The translations under genes and the position numbers were made by a program. Positions 21,716 to 31,397 of a DNA stretch of 64,000 nucleotides are shown here, piece after piece; positions within the stretch are counted from its first letter, which is position 1; each line of letters opens with the position of its first letter. Source of the stretch: Longimicrobiales bacterium (GTDB taxonomy: Bacteria > Gemmatimonadota > Gemmatimonadetes > Longimicrobiales > Gaopeijiaceae); contig CBDAON010000004.1 in the NCBI GenBank assembly GCA_965198065.1, positions 2,688,001 to 2,752,000 of the forward strand. The letters are read 5' to 3'. Below the pieces are notes generated by a model. The model saw only the letters and a program-made list of their open reading frames with translations. It was not told the origin of the DNA and ran no database searches.

Positions 21716-22666
21716 ATGACGCGGCTTCGCATGGTCCCATTCGGGGTGGCGCTCGCGTTCTTCGTTTGGGGTGGCACGTGCCCGGCAGACTTGGAGGCGC
21801 AACGGCCGAATCTTCCCCTTCAGCCGCGGCCGGGGGGCGACTACTTCATCATCCCCGTCATGGAGGGGTGGTACGACAACGGCGACGGGTCGATTACGGT
21901 CTCGTTCGGCTACCTCAATCGGAACGATGAAACCGTCGAGATTCCGTTAGGCGAGAACAATTTCATCGAGCCGGCCAGCTTCGGCGGGATGCAGCCCACC
22001 GTGTTTGAGCCAGGCCACGAACGAATCTTCACGGTGACGGTCCCGGCCGACCTGGCACAGACGGGCATCTGGTGGACGATTCGCTCGTTCGGAGACGAGG
22101 CGCGCGTGCCGGGCCGGAGGGTGGTACCTGGCTACGAGCTGGACAAGCGTCCGCTACCCAACGGCGCGATGGCTCCCCTCGTTTATTTCGAGGAGGGTGG
22201 AGAGGTGGGCCAGTACCCGTCGGGCGTCATGGCGAGGACTGTGGAGAGGGTCAGGGTCGGCGAGCTTCTGACCCTCACGCTGCACACGAGTGACACGGCC
22301 GTGCGGACGCCGTACCAGCGTTCCACGCCCTCGGAACCGCCCACCGTGAGGGTGGCGTGGGTGAAGCACCAGGGGCCGCCGGGCGAGATCGAGTGGGTCC
22401 GTCACCCGTCGACCCCCGTCCCGGAAGAGCCGGCCGATGCGCCGCCCGGAGGTGGCAGGGGTCGTGGGGGCGGTCAGGGCGGCCAGGACGAGCCCCCACC
22501 ACCGAGCGAGATCGAGCTTCCGACCGGAGGGGGAACGGCTCTGGTGCAGGCCCGCTTCCCCGCTCCCGGGGAGTACCTGCTTCGGGCCCGGGTCAACCCC
22601 TCGGACGCCGGCGGGGGTCAGTGCTGCTGGACAAACGGGTACGTACGAGTCAACGTGACGCCGTAG
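21716..22666 (+). CDS. Secreted hypothetical protein
   Basis: GAAAGGAG RBS, signal peptide, EGWY..FGYLNRN and GGGQCCWTNGY motifs. Confidence 0.8.
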   Translation: MTRLRMVPFGVALAFFVWGGTCPADLEAQRPNLPLQPRPGGDYFIIPVMEGWYDNGDGSITVSFGYLNRNDETVEIPLGENNFIEPASFGGMQPTVFEPGHERIFTVTVPADLAQTGIWWTIRSFGDEARVPGRRVVPGYELDKRPLPNGAMAPLVYFEEGGEVGQYPSGVMARTVERVRVGELLTLTLHTSDTAVRTPYQRSTPSEPPTVRVAWVKHQGPPGEIEWVRHPSTPVPEEPADAPPGGGRGRGGGQGGQDEPPPPSEIELPTGGGTALVQARFPAPGEYLLRARVNPSDAGGGQCCWTNGYVRVNVTP

Positions 22667-22693
22667 CAAACCTTCAGCGTTTCGTGGCTTCTC

Positions 22694-22729
22694 GACGCGG
22701 CGGGCTGCGGCCCGCCGCGTCTCTTTTTT
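22694..22729 (+). terminator. Rho-independent terminator
   Basis: GACGCGGCGGGC-TGCG-GCCCGCCGCGTC hairpin followed by a T-tract. Confidence 0.88.
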
Positions 22730-22859
22730 GCACGCCCGACAGGGGGAAACGGGACCGACCGAGTCAGGCCGAAGGGGGAAAGATGGGGATTATAACCTTA
22801 ACTTGACAGACCAACAAGTTAGCGGCTATTCTTTCTAGTAGAGCAAAGGAGATGAAAGA

Positions 22860-23778
22860 ATGGCCGGAAAAGCCTACCGCGAAGGGATCACCCTCGCACA
22901 GTTGACCAGCCTGTTTCCCAATGAGGAAGCGGCTACCGAGTGGTTCGAGAGCAACGTATGGGGCGGCGAGCGATGCTGCGGGCATTGCGGCAGCCTCAAC
23001 ACCAAGCTGGTCCCCAATGCGAAGCCGATGCCGTACTGGTGCCCCGATTGCCGGAAGTATTTCAGCGTACGCACCGGAACGGTCCTGCGTCGCTCGCACA
23101 TATCGCTCCAGGACTGGGCCTTCGGGATCTATCTCGAAGTGACGAACCTCAAGGGCGTGTCCAGCATGAAGCTGCACCGCGACCTGGGGATCAGCCAGAA
23201 ATCAGCATGGCACATGCTCCACCGCATCCGCGAGACGTGGGCCCCGTTGCGCGAAAGCTTCGCTGGCCCTGTCGAGTTCGACGAGACCTACATCGGCGGG
23301 AAGGAAAAGAACCGGCACGCGAGCAAGCGCCAGGATCTGGGGCGTGGCCCCGTGGGCAAGACGGCGGTCGTCGGGGCGAAAGACAGGGCGACGAACCGCG
23401 TGAAGGCCCGCGTCGTCAAGCATACGGACGGGCCGACGCTTCATCGTTTCGTCCGGGCCAGCGCGGAAGACGGCGCGAAGCTCTACACGGACGACGCTGC
23501 TGCCTACAAGGGCCTAGAGAACCACGAGACGGTCAAGCACTCGGGTCCGTGAGTACGTCAACGGGATGGCCCACACGAACGGCATAGAGAGTTTCTGGTC
23601 GATGCTCAAGCGCGGATACTACGGGGTCTACCACAAGATGAGCGAGAAGCACCTGCAGCGCTACGTCAACGAGTTCGCCGGCCGCCACAACATGCGCGAG
23701 ATGGACACCATCGACCAGATGCGCCACGTCGTCTCCGGGATGGTTGGGCGGCGCCTCATGTACCGGGACCTGGTCTAG
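22860..23778 (+). pseudogene. IS1595-family transposase (one frameshift near 23545)
   Basis: Zn ribbon [38 protein letters not shown]. Confidence 0.92.
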
Positions 23779-23779
23779 G

Positions 23780-23929
23780 ATGCCGAAGAAGGAGACGCCG
23801 AAGACTGGTAACCCGTTCTACCGAGGCGCCAGCCCCGAGGAAGTTGCGCGCGCACTCCTCCAGCGCGCCCCCCCGAAGAAGCCGAAGGCCAAGCCCGACC
23901 CCCCGAAGGAGCGAAGCCCCGACGATTGA
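23780..23929 (+). CDS. Small basic passenger protein
   Basis: ATG just after the transposase stop; YRGASPEEVARALL; followed by a hairpin at 23959-23994. Confidence 0.55.
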   Translation: MPKKETPKTGNPFYRGASPEEVARALLQRAPPKKPKAKPDPPKERSPDD

Positions 23930-24113
23930 CCCTACCGAAGAAAATACGTAGGATGGAGAAGCGCCCGGCGGGGGCAAAACCCGTCCGGGCGCTTACAACT
24001 CGTAGGCCGTTAGCAACCCCGAGACAGCAGTGGACTGGGCCCGAGACCCTCACAACGGGTGAAGGACTGACGGCTGCGGGCTGTACTAGTATATAAGTGG
24101 GAAAGGGAGAAAA

Positions 24114-24190
24114 GCCCCTGTAGCTCAAGTGGATAGAGCAACCGATTTCCGACCGGTAGGCTGCGGGTTCGGGTCACCCGCCGAGGGGCA
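24114..24190 (+). tRNA. Degenerate tRNA with an Arg-type body and a TCC anticodon
   Basis: GCCCCTG TAGCTCAAGTGGATAGAGC A ACCGA-TTTCCGA-CCGGT AGGCT GCGGG-TTCGGGTCA-CCCGC CGAGGGGCA; enlarged T-loop and an acceptor bulge. Confidence 0.7.
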
Positions 24191-24220
24191 CACCCCTTTC
24201 AGAGCAAAGTGGAAAGACAC

Positions 24221-24289
24221 GGGCCGCGAGCCGGGTCCAGGATGGCCTCTAAAACCATATCCTGCGGGGTTCGACTCCCCGGCGGTCCA
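24221..24289 (+). ncRNA. D-armless tRNA-like RNA with CTA anticodon
   Basis: 7-bp acceptor GGGCCGC/GCGGTCC, perfect T arm CGGGG-TTCGACT-CCCCG, long stem CAGGATGG..CCATATCCTG closing loop CTCTAAA. Confidence 0.72.
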
Positions 24290-24386
24290 TGCCTCCCCAC
24301 CCTGGAAGCTATAACAGGCGATGTCGCACGTGTCAAGCTCGTAAGTCCTGCCTGGCGTGGTAGCTACAGCCAGCGTCTCCGGTTTT

Positions 24387-24896
24387 CTAGCACTGCCCGC
24401 TCGTGTCCGGATTGAACAGTTCCCAGTGCATCGAGCCGGTGTATATGGGTCCGACCACCGCCAGCAAGTCACCCCTTACAGGTTTCCGCAACCCTTCAAG
24501 TTCGCGGCCGGGAGCGTGTAGAGACTGGGTCCGCGTGATGGTACGCGCTCCGTAGGACCGGTCCACCTGTTGATCTCGGAAGAACAACTCGGCTTCGTTG
24601 CCGGAAACATTCGGGTCAATCATCGTCAGTGTTTGCAACCCCGGGTCCCACTCCCACCGGAACGTGATCGCGGTTCGGCAACCACCGTCGCGGGCAACGC
24701 CATCTCCGTCCGGGTAGACCCAGACTAGGTACAAACCATTGTCACGGGTACCTTCCCGCTTTGTCCAGTCCCAGACACCCACAGGAGATAATGGCTCAAC
24801 AACCTCCTCCGGATCCGGACCCTGGCTGGCGGCTTGCATGGGAAACGTACAGAAGCAATAGAGAAGCAATGCAAGACCGATTCGTTCTCTGTACAT
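24387..24896 (-). CDS. Secreted hypothetical passenger protein
   Basis: Signal-like N-terminus, GGAGGG RBS, lies inside the IS1595 IRs. Confidence 0.6.
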   Translation of the reverse strand: MYRERIGLALLLYCFCTFPMQAASQGPDPEEVVEPLSPVGVWDWTKREGTRDNGLYLVWVYPDGDGVARDGGCRTAITFRWEWDPGLQTLTMIDPNVSGNEAELFFRDQQVDRSYGARTITRTQSLHAPGRELEGLRKPVRGDLLAVVGPIYTGSMHWELFNPDTSGQC

Positions 24897-25224
24897 GGTT
24901 CCAACCCCCCTCCCTCGTGACGGTTGCGGTCCCGGCTGCCCGCAATGGCGCCGGGCCATTGCAAACAGTCTCTCGGAGAGAGGAAAGTCCCCGCCTATTT
25001 GCCCAGGCGCGGGGAGCTACCCCGGCCAAGCATTCAGGCTGTTGTATTCAGCGGGTAACCCGACTTCAGGGTCCCCGAAAAACTGTTTGCGTGGGAAACG
25101 ATACAGCGGGATGGCTACGGTGTCAAGTTAAGGTTATAATCCCCGGAAAGATTCCCATCCGGCGAGACAACTCGCGAAGCGAGCGCAGGATCCACACCAC
25201 CACCGCACCGAAAGGGCGTCAGCA

Positions 25225-25484
25225 TGCCGTAACCTGTGCCGTAATTGTGCCGTAACTCTCGGGAACAGGGTAGTAAGGATGGCACAAGGGCAGGGAAGAG
25301 GACCCCGAGGATTATGGCTCAACCGTACCATCTAGTACACAACGGTACCACGTTGCTAGTACGGCGTTGACGGACTGCAAATCCTCTGTCCCCGGTTCCG
25401 AATCCGGGCGGCGCCTCTTGGGTTGAACAGCAATACTACGATGACTTATGCAAACGGCAGAGGGCCGTCCAGGCTCCTCTGCTG
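25225..25484 (+). other. att-like junction A2 with tRNA-Cys 3' half (25372-25416) and three TGCCGTAA repeats
   Basis: Homologous to A1 on both sides of the tRNA fragment; TGCCGTAA three times at 12-bp period; downstream hairpin. Confidence 0.88.
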
Positions 25485-25514
25485 AGTCGTTTTGTGCTGC
25501 TTGTTGCGAGCGCC

Positions 25515-26951
25515 GAGTAATCCCAAAGTTAGTTGAAACTGGAGCGGCCTCCGTCTCAGGCGACAGCATGTGAACGGCTCTCGGGAAGGGTGATCCCGAG
25601 GTCCTTCTGGATCGCGGCCCTGAGGAGCGGGAGGTGTCGGTACCCGAGCAACCTCCGGAGCCGTGACTAGATCTCCAGGAGCGTGGTCGCGAGCCATCGG
25701 TGCTTCTGGCTCGAGTTCTTCCAGTGGTCCACGCGTCCGCACCTCTGCTCGGCCAGGGCGTTCACGGACTCGAGCACGTTGGTGGTCTTGAGCGACTGGC
25801 CGACCAGGGGGAAGACTCCCAACCGGTGGAGGGTGAGGGTCTCCTCGAACCCCTCATCGAGACTGGCCGCCGCGGACTGGTTCACCCCCGCGAGCTCCTG
25901 GCGCAGGGCCTTGAGGTCCTTGACGGCCTCTTCGTACGTGGGCCGCTGGTAGGCGCGCTGCAGACGCTGGCGCCAGCCCTTCTGCTCCGCTCTCGGCAGA
26001 TACGAGATCACGTTCTTCCGCTTGTGCCACTGGCACCGCTGGATGAGCACCTGTCCCTTGAAGACCGCCAGGACGCCGCTCCGGAGACCGCGGGCTCCAT
26101 CGATCACCACGAGCGCTCCGGCCGACAGGTCGAGACCTCGGTCCTTCAGACTCCGAAGGAAGGATCGGATCACCACGGCGTTCTCCGTGTCGGTCTGGAC
26201 GAACCCGAGGAAGACCTTGTCCCCCTTGGTCGTCACCCCGAGCGCGACGACCATCTCGTCCTCGGCAAAGCTCTTGCCGTCCAGGACGAGTGCCACCCCA
26301 CGTCGTAACCCGAGAGGTCCCGCTCCTGAAACTCCTTCAGCTTCGCGGCCGTGGCCTTCTTGAACTCCCGCGAGACCGTCGACTTCGACAGCCCGATGGC
26401 TCCAGGCACCGCCTCGACCGCTGCCTCGTAGTCCCGGCACGAGATCCCGAGCAGCACCTTCCGAAACAGCCCCTCGTCCATCTCGCCGGGCGAGCCATGC
26501 AGCTGCTCATACGCCGCCAGCCTCGACTCTCCGGCCGGGCCTCGCACACCCAGGGTCGGTGCGGTTGGGCGGCCAGCGGCATCCGGTGCGAGTACCGCGG
26601 GTTATGCCCATGCCGGTAATGTCGATCGTCCTCGGTCTTCCTGGCGTGACGTGTTGCCCCGCCAGTTGCTCCACTTCCTCCTCGAGCATCCGGCCCACCT
26701 CCGCCAGTCCCAGCGGAATCAGCTGCCGGATCAGCTCCACCCGAGGGTCCAGCTCCAGCGCCTCGATCTCCTCCCAACTCACCTCCCTCGGTTCCCCGAG
26801 CCGCCGGTCCTTCTTGCCCCGCTCGACGAGCCTTGGCATCCTTCCCATCGGTGGCCCTCCTTCCTCTCTTGTGATCCCGTGGTGTGGTCGCACACCCACG
26901 TTACCTGAGGTTGGAGGCCGCTTCAATTTCAACTAAAGATGGGACTCACTC
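25515..26951 (-). mobile_element. IS256-family element, transposase with multiple frameshifts
   Basis: IRs GAGTAATCCCAAAGTTAGTTGAAA / GAGTGAGTCCCATCTTTAGTTGAAA; 8-bp duplication CGAGCGCC; LDGK, IDGARGL, QRCQWHK and TTNVLES motifs. Confidence 0.93.
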
Positions 26952-26993
26952 CGAGCGCCGGGTGGGTGCGGCCAAGTCGGGCGCAGTATGGCA

Positions 26994-27296
26994 TCACTCC
27001 TCCCCCTCCTCCTCCACCTCCGATCTCACGCCGCCCTCACCCGCTCGCCGACCTCGCGTCATGCGCGCGAGCTGTCTCCGACTGATCGGCACCGCTCCAT
27101 GCTTGATGGCGAGTGCCCGCTTGCTTAGGCTGATATCGTAGTGTTCACGGGGCGTATCCGGTTGCTGCACCCAGCGCCGAGCCACTCCGATCTGGTCGGC
27201 CATTGCGTGCAACTCCTCGCTGGTGTCGGCGATCATGTGGCACATGAGCACACCGTATAAAGGGGCGTGTGCGTCATCGACGTAGACCCCCATCAT
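26994..27296 (-). CDS. DUF4031 domain protein
   Basis: VYVDD..MCHMIADTSEELHAMADQIG..HYDI..KRALAI. Confidence 0.85.
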   Translation of the reverse strand: MMGVYVDDAHAPLYGVLMCHMIADTSEELHAMADQIGVARRWVQQPDTPREHYDISLSKRALAIKHGAVPISRRQLARMTRGRRAGEGGVRSEVEEEGEE

Positions 27297-27478
27297 TCCC
27301 TGTCCTTCTTCTCGCCTTCGAGGGGCGGTACTGGCATCCAGTAGAGGGGGTCGTGGGCAGTCAGGACCGCGGGGGGAGGCGTAGGCTCCGAGGAAGTTCC
27401 TCGGACCCGTTCCACGTAAACCCAATCTGCCTTCCTTGGTTCTTGAGTCCTGCGTTTTCCACACCCAACGACTAAAGC

Positions 27479-28075
27479 TCAATCGCTGAAGTAGGGGTTC
27501 TCGCCAGCGTCGTGATCAGTGACGTCGTGGATCTCAGTCACCTCGGGGACGTGTTGCCGGATCATGCGCTCCACCCCCTGCCGGAGCGTCATTCTCGACG
27601 CTGCGCAGCCCTGGCAGCCTCCCGTCATCTCCATGAACACCTCGGTTCCCTTGACGTCCACGAGGTTGATCTGCCCGCCGTGGGACGCGATAGATGGATT
27701 CACCTGTTTGTCGAGGATCAACTGGACTTTTTCGGCCAGCGCACCTTTCGGCACGCTGTTGCTAAGGGAAGCAGTGGGCAGAGACGCAGCGGCGGGGATG
27801 ATCTCGAAGCCCGATTCGTTTACTCGAGTCGCGAAGTCCACCGTCGCTCCTTCGAGCTTGTCGGCAATGCCCGGATCGACGACGACCATGAAGCCTCCCG
27901 CATCGAGCTCGACGTCCTCCTCGCCGCGGTCCGAGTCCCCCACAAGTGTCATCTCAAAAGAGGGAGCCACGGGGGAGCCTCCGGTCAGATGGATCTTGAG
28001 AGCGCGATGGTCTTCGCCGCTCTGGTCCATGAAGGTCAGCACCATCTCCCGGGCTTTATCGGTAAAGGTCAGCAT
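27479..28075 (-). CDS. nfuA: NfuA-like Fe-S carrier
   Basis: Degenerate A-type N-domain plus NifU C-domain with NPSIASHGG and GGCQGC. Confidence 0.85.
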   Translation of the reverse strand: MLTFTDKAREMVLTFMDQSGEDHRALKIHLTGGSPVAPSFEMTLVGDSDRGEEDVELDAGGFMVVVDPGIADKLEGATVDFATRVNESGFEIIPAAASLPTASLSNSVPKGALAEKVQLILDKQVNPSIASHGGQINLVDVKGTEVFMEMTGGCQGCAASRMTLRQGVERMIRQHVPEVTEIHDVTDHDAGENPYFSD

Positions 28076-28184
28076 CTGCAGACTCCCTTTGACCATTATC
28101 GGTGTCGATTAGTGTCAGGCGGTCCAGCGCCCACAAGGACGGCAAACGCAGCGGCGTTGATTCAGGGGAAGGGCGAAGTCGGAG

Positions 28185-29600
28185 TTACCCAACGGATCCC
28201 TCCATCTCGAGCTCGATCAGCCGGTTCAGCTCAACGGCATACTCGAGGGGGAGGAGCTTCGCGATCGGCTCGATGAACCCCCGCACGATCATGGCCATCG
28301 CCTCCTCCTCGGATATACCGCGGCTCTTCAAGTAGAAGAGCTGCTCCTCGCCGATCTTCGAGACCGAGGCCTCGTGCCCCACGTTCGACTGGTTCTCCTC
28401 GATCTCGATGTACGGATACGTGTCCGTCCGGGACGTCTCGTTGATGAGGAGCGCGTCGCACTCGACGTTCGAGCGGGCGTTGACCGACCCCTCGTGGACC
28501 TTGAGGAGCCCGCGGTAGGTGGCGCGGCCGTGCCCCTTCGAGATCGACTTGGACATGATCTGGGACGTCGTGTTCGAGGCCGCGTGGATCACCTTGCCGC
28601 CGGTGTCCTGATGCTGCCCGTCACCCGCGTACGCGATGGAGAGGACGGACCCGTGCGCACCCTCGCCGACCAGGTAGCAGCTCGGGTACTTCATCGTGAG
28701 CTTGGACCCTAGGTTTCCGTCCAGCCACTCCATGGTCGCGTTCTCGTGCACGAGCGCCCGCTGCGTCACGAGGTTGTACATGTTGTTTGACCAGTTCTGG
28801 ATGGTCGTGTACCGGAAGTGCGCGCCCGGCTTCACGATGATCTCGATGACCCCGGAGTGGAACGAGTCCGTGGAGTAGACCGGCGCCGTGCACCCCTCGA
28901 TGTAGTGTGCCTTCGAGCCCTCGTCCGCGATGATGAGCGTTCGCTCGAACTGGCCCATCTGCTCCTGGTTCACGCGGAAGTACGCCTGGAGCGGGGTGTC
29001 GAGCTCGACCCCCTTCGGGATGTAGACGAACGATCCGCCGGACCAGACGGCCGAGTTCATCGACGCGAACTTGTTGTCGGCCACCGGGATCACCGTAGCG
29101 AAGTGCTCACGGAAGAGCTCGGGGTGGTTCTTCAGCCCATCCTCGATCGAGTCGAAGATCACCCCCTTCTCGTCCCACTCCTTCTTCAGGGAGTGGTAGA
29201 TCATCTCGGACTCGTACTGGGCTCCGACGCCGGCCAGGACCTTCTGCTCCGCCTCGGGGATGCCGAGCTTCTCGAACGTCTCCTTGATGTTCACGGGCAC
29301 GTCGTCCCACGAGCGCTCCATCTTCTCCTGCGGGCGCACGTAGAAGTAGATCTGGTCCAGCACGTCGTTCAGCTTGGAGAGGTCGCCGCCCCACGTGGGC
29401 ATCGGCTTCGAGTTGTAGATCTCGAGCGCCTTCAGCCGGAGCGCGAGCATCCAGTCGGGCTCCCCCTTTTGCGCCGAGATCTCCCGGACCACGTTCTCGT
29501 TCAGGCCGCGGCCCGAGCGGAAGACCGGCTCGTCCTCCGTGATGAAGTGGTACTTGTACTGGTCGAGGTCGAGGTCCTGGACGATCGGAGTGTCTGGCAT
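28185..29600 (-). CDS. sufB: Fe-S cluster assembly protein SufB
   Basis: [53 protein letters not shown]. Confidence 0.97.
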   Translation of the reverse strand: MPDTPIVQDLDLDQYKYHFITEDEPVFRSGRGLNENVVREISAQKGEPDWMLALRLKALEIYNSKPMPTWGGDLSKLNDVLDQIYFYVRPQEKMERSWDDVPVNIKETFEKLGIPEAEQKVLAGVGAQYESEMIYHSLKKEWDEKGVIFDSIEDGLKNHPELFREHFATVIPVADNKFASMNSAVWSGGSFVYIPKGVELDTPLQAYFRVNQEQMGQFERTLIIADEGSKAHYIEGCTAPVYSTDSFHSGVIEIIVKPGAHFRYTTIQNWSNNMYNLVTQRALVHENATMEWLDGNLGSKLTMKYPSCYLVGEGAHGSVLSIAYAGDGQHQDTGGKVIHAASNTTSQIMSKSISKGHGRATYRGLLKVHEGSVNARSNVECDALLINETSRTDTYPYIEIEENQSNVGHEASVSKIGEEQLFYLKSRGISEEEAMAMIVRGFIEPIAKLLPLEYAVELNRLIELEMEGSVG

Positions 29601-29667
29601 GGTTGTCCCCCAGGTTACCGGTGCCCGGAACTGTTCGTAGCCCTCAAACTCCAGCTCCTCCGCTCAT
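29601..29667 (-). pseudogene. sufC remnant (start codon joined to the last ~17 codons)
   Basis: ATGA followed by [13 protein letters not shown], the typical SufC C-terminus, directly upstream of sufB. Confidence 0.65.
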
Positions 29668-29723
29668 GGTGAACCGATGGACCAAGAGGGTCTGCGATTG
29701 ATCTGAGCCGCGTGGCCGAGGAA

Positions 29724-30056
29724 TCAAGCCGTGAACGAACTGCCACACCCGCAGCCACCGGTAGCTGCGGGGTTATTGAAAGCGAACCCAGCGCCCATCA
29801 TGTTGGTCACGTAGTCGATCTCCACGCCCTCCAAGTACTGGGCGCTAAACGGGTCCACGAAGACCCGGATCCCATGCGACAGATCGAGAATCTCATCCTC
29901 ATCCTCGGGGGCGTCCTCGATGTTCAGACCGTATTGGAATCCCGAGCAACCCCCGGGAAGGACCGCCACCCGAAGTCCCGCTTCCTCCCCGCCACCATGA
30001 TCGTCTAGGAAGGATTGAACCTTGGTCAGGGCGGTGTCTGTAAGCTGGATCTGCAT
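29724..30056 (-). CDS. HesB/IscA/ErpA family A-type Fe-S carrier
   Basis: GGCSGFQY and GGCGCGSSF motifs. Confidence 0.95.
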   Translation of the reverse strand: MQIQLTDTALTKVQSFLDDHGGGEEAGLRVAVLPGGCSGFQYGLNIEDAPEDEDEILDLSHGIRVFVDPFSAQYLEGVEIDYVTNMMGAGFAFNNPAATGGCGCGSSFTA

Positions 30057-30165
30057 ATTTCCCGTACTCCCTCTCGATCGGCGTCCGAAACACAACCCCA
30101 ATGGCTAACCGAACCACAGCGGCTCATACTTGATCAGTCGGGGTCCTTCTCTCGCCGGGGCAGCA

Positions 30166-30414
30166 TTAGGCAGGCAGAGGTACGTTGAGGTGCTTGTAGT
30201 TCTTCTCGATGTACGGCGTCCACTCCTCGGGCACATCGACGTCCAGAAAAATCGCCTCCACTGGGCACTCGGGCTCGCACGCTCCGCAGTCGATGCACTC
30301 CTCAGGGTGGATGTAGTACTGGTCCTCTCCTTCGTAGATGCAATCCACAGGGCAGACGTTGACGCACGAGGCGTCCTTGGTTCCGATGCAGGGCTCGGCG
30401 ATGATGTACGTCAT
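30166..30414 (-). CDS. 7Fe/8Fe-type ferredoxin
   Basis: [10 protein letters not shown] and [12 protein letters not shown] motifs. Confidence 0.95.
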   Translation of the reverse strand: MTYIIAEPCIGTKDASCVNVCPVDCIYEGEDQYYIHPEECIDCGACEPECPVEAIFLDVDVPEEWTPYIEKNYKHLNVPLPA

Positions 30415-30542
30415 AGGCGAGCTTCGCTCGGCTACCCAATGAGGATCCCAGATCGCGACCAAATTAGTATTGTTACGAAACAAACCTACCTTGGAGAGTT
30501 TCAGGTTGTCAAGGTAGTTTCGTGTCGCTATCATTGGCGTCT

Positions 30543-31124
30543 ATGAAGAGCAGTGCTGCACGTGAATGCCAGCCGAGAGAGCTCCTGGAGCAGCTCGCAT
30601 ACGTCGTGGCTGGCGCTGGGCATCGACATGGGCTCACGGCAGCTCAAGGGACGGCGCTGAGGTTTTTCGGACGAGCCAATCGCTTTTCGAGAACGGTCTC
30701 TAGCTTCGCTAAATTTCACGCGACGACGATGGGTACCGCCTCACAGACGGTCAGACGTCTGGTTGACCGCGGATTGCTGCGAAAAAACCCTTCCGCTACC
30801 GACGGCAGAAGCTACCGGATCGACTTGACCGATGCGGGAAGGGAGGCGCTCGTGGATGATCCGCTGAGCGACCTTTTGGGCTCGCTCCGCTCCCTTGCGC
30901 CTGGCACCCGCGCCCGATTCGTAGACACTCTGAGGCGGCTGCTCGCTGATCTTGCCGATTTGCACGGCAGACCCACGTTCGACACGTGCCACGAATGCAC
31001 CTACCTCGATTGCGATCGGCGCGACGCGGATGATGGTTTCGGCTGCTGGTGCAGCCTATTTGACGAGCCGCTCGACACCGCTGATCTCGACGAGCTCTGT
31101 GTGAACCATGCGCCAGCCAGATAG
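30543..31124 (+). CDS. MarR-family regulator with Cys-rich C-terminus
   Basis: GLTAAQ..TASQTVRRLVDRGLL..DGRSYRIDLT; C-terminal CHEC..C..CWC..C. Confidence 0.88.
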   Translation: MKSSAARECQPRELLEQLAYVVAGAGHRHGLTAAQGTALRFFGRANRFSRTVSSFAKFHATTMGTASQTVRRLVDRGLLRKNPSATDGRSYRIDLTDAGREALVDDPLSDLLGSLRSLAPGTRARFVDTLRRLLADLADLHGRPTFDTCHECTYLDCDRRDADDGFGCWCSLFDEPLDTADLDELCVNHAPAR

Positions 31125-31397
31125 TCGGACCACGGGTTGGCGTATGCAGCGCGACTGCAGGGCCGCGCGTTGTCTGCGATGATCCGAGCGTCGTTCCCGG
31201 AGCAGTATCGAAAGAGTTGCTCGAGAGGAGGAAGGCCGACTACGCGGAGGACTTGAGGCTATACCGCTCCCGCGGCGACGAACTGGGAGCGGTGTGCTTT
31301 AGGTGCTTTTGGCGTTGGTACTCCGTCGTCAGGAAAGCGGTCGTCGGCAGGGCGGGTCTGTGGCCGAGTTCGTCGGCACAGCGCGAGCAGTAATAAG

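Larger units (their letters stand above)
22785..25144 (+). mobile_element. IS1595-family transporter IS with passenger genes
   Basis: Perfect 24-bp IRs GGGGATTATAACCTTAACTTGACA; 8-bp duplication GGAAAGAT at 22777-22784 and 25145-25152. Confidence 0.96.
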
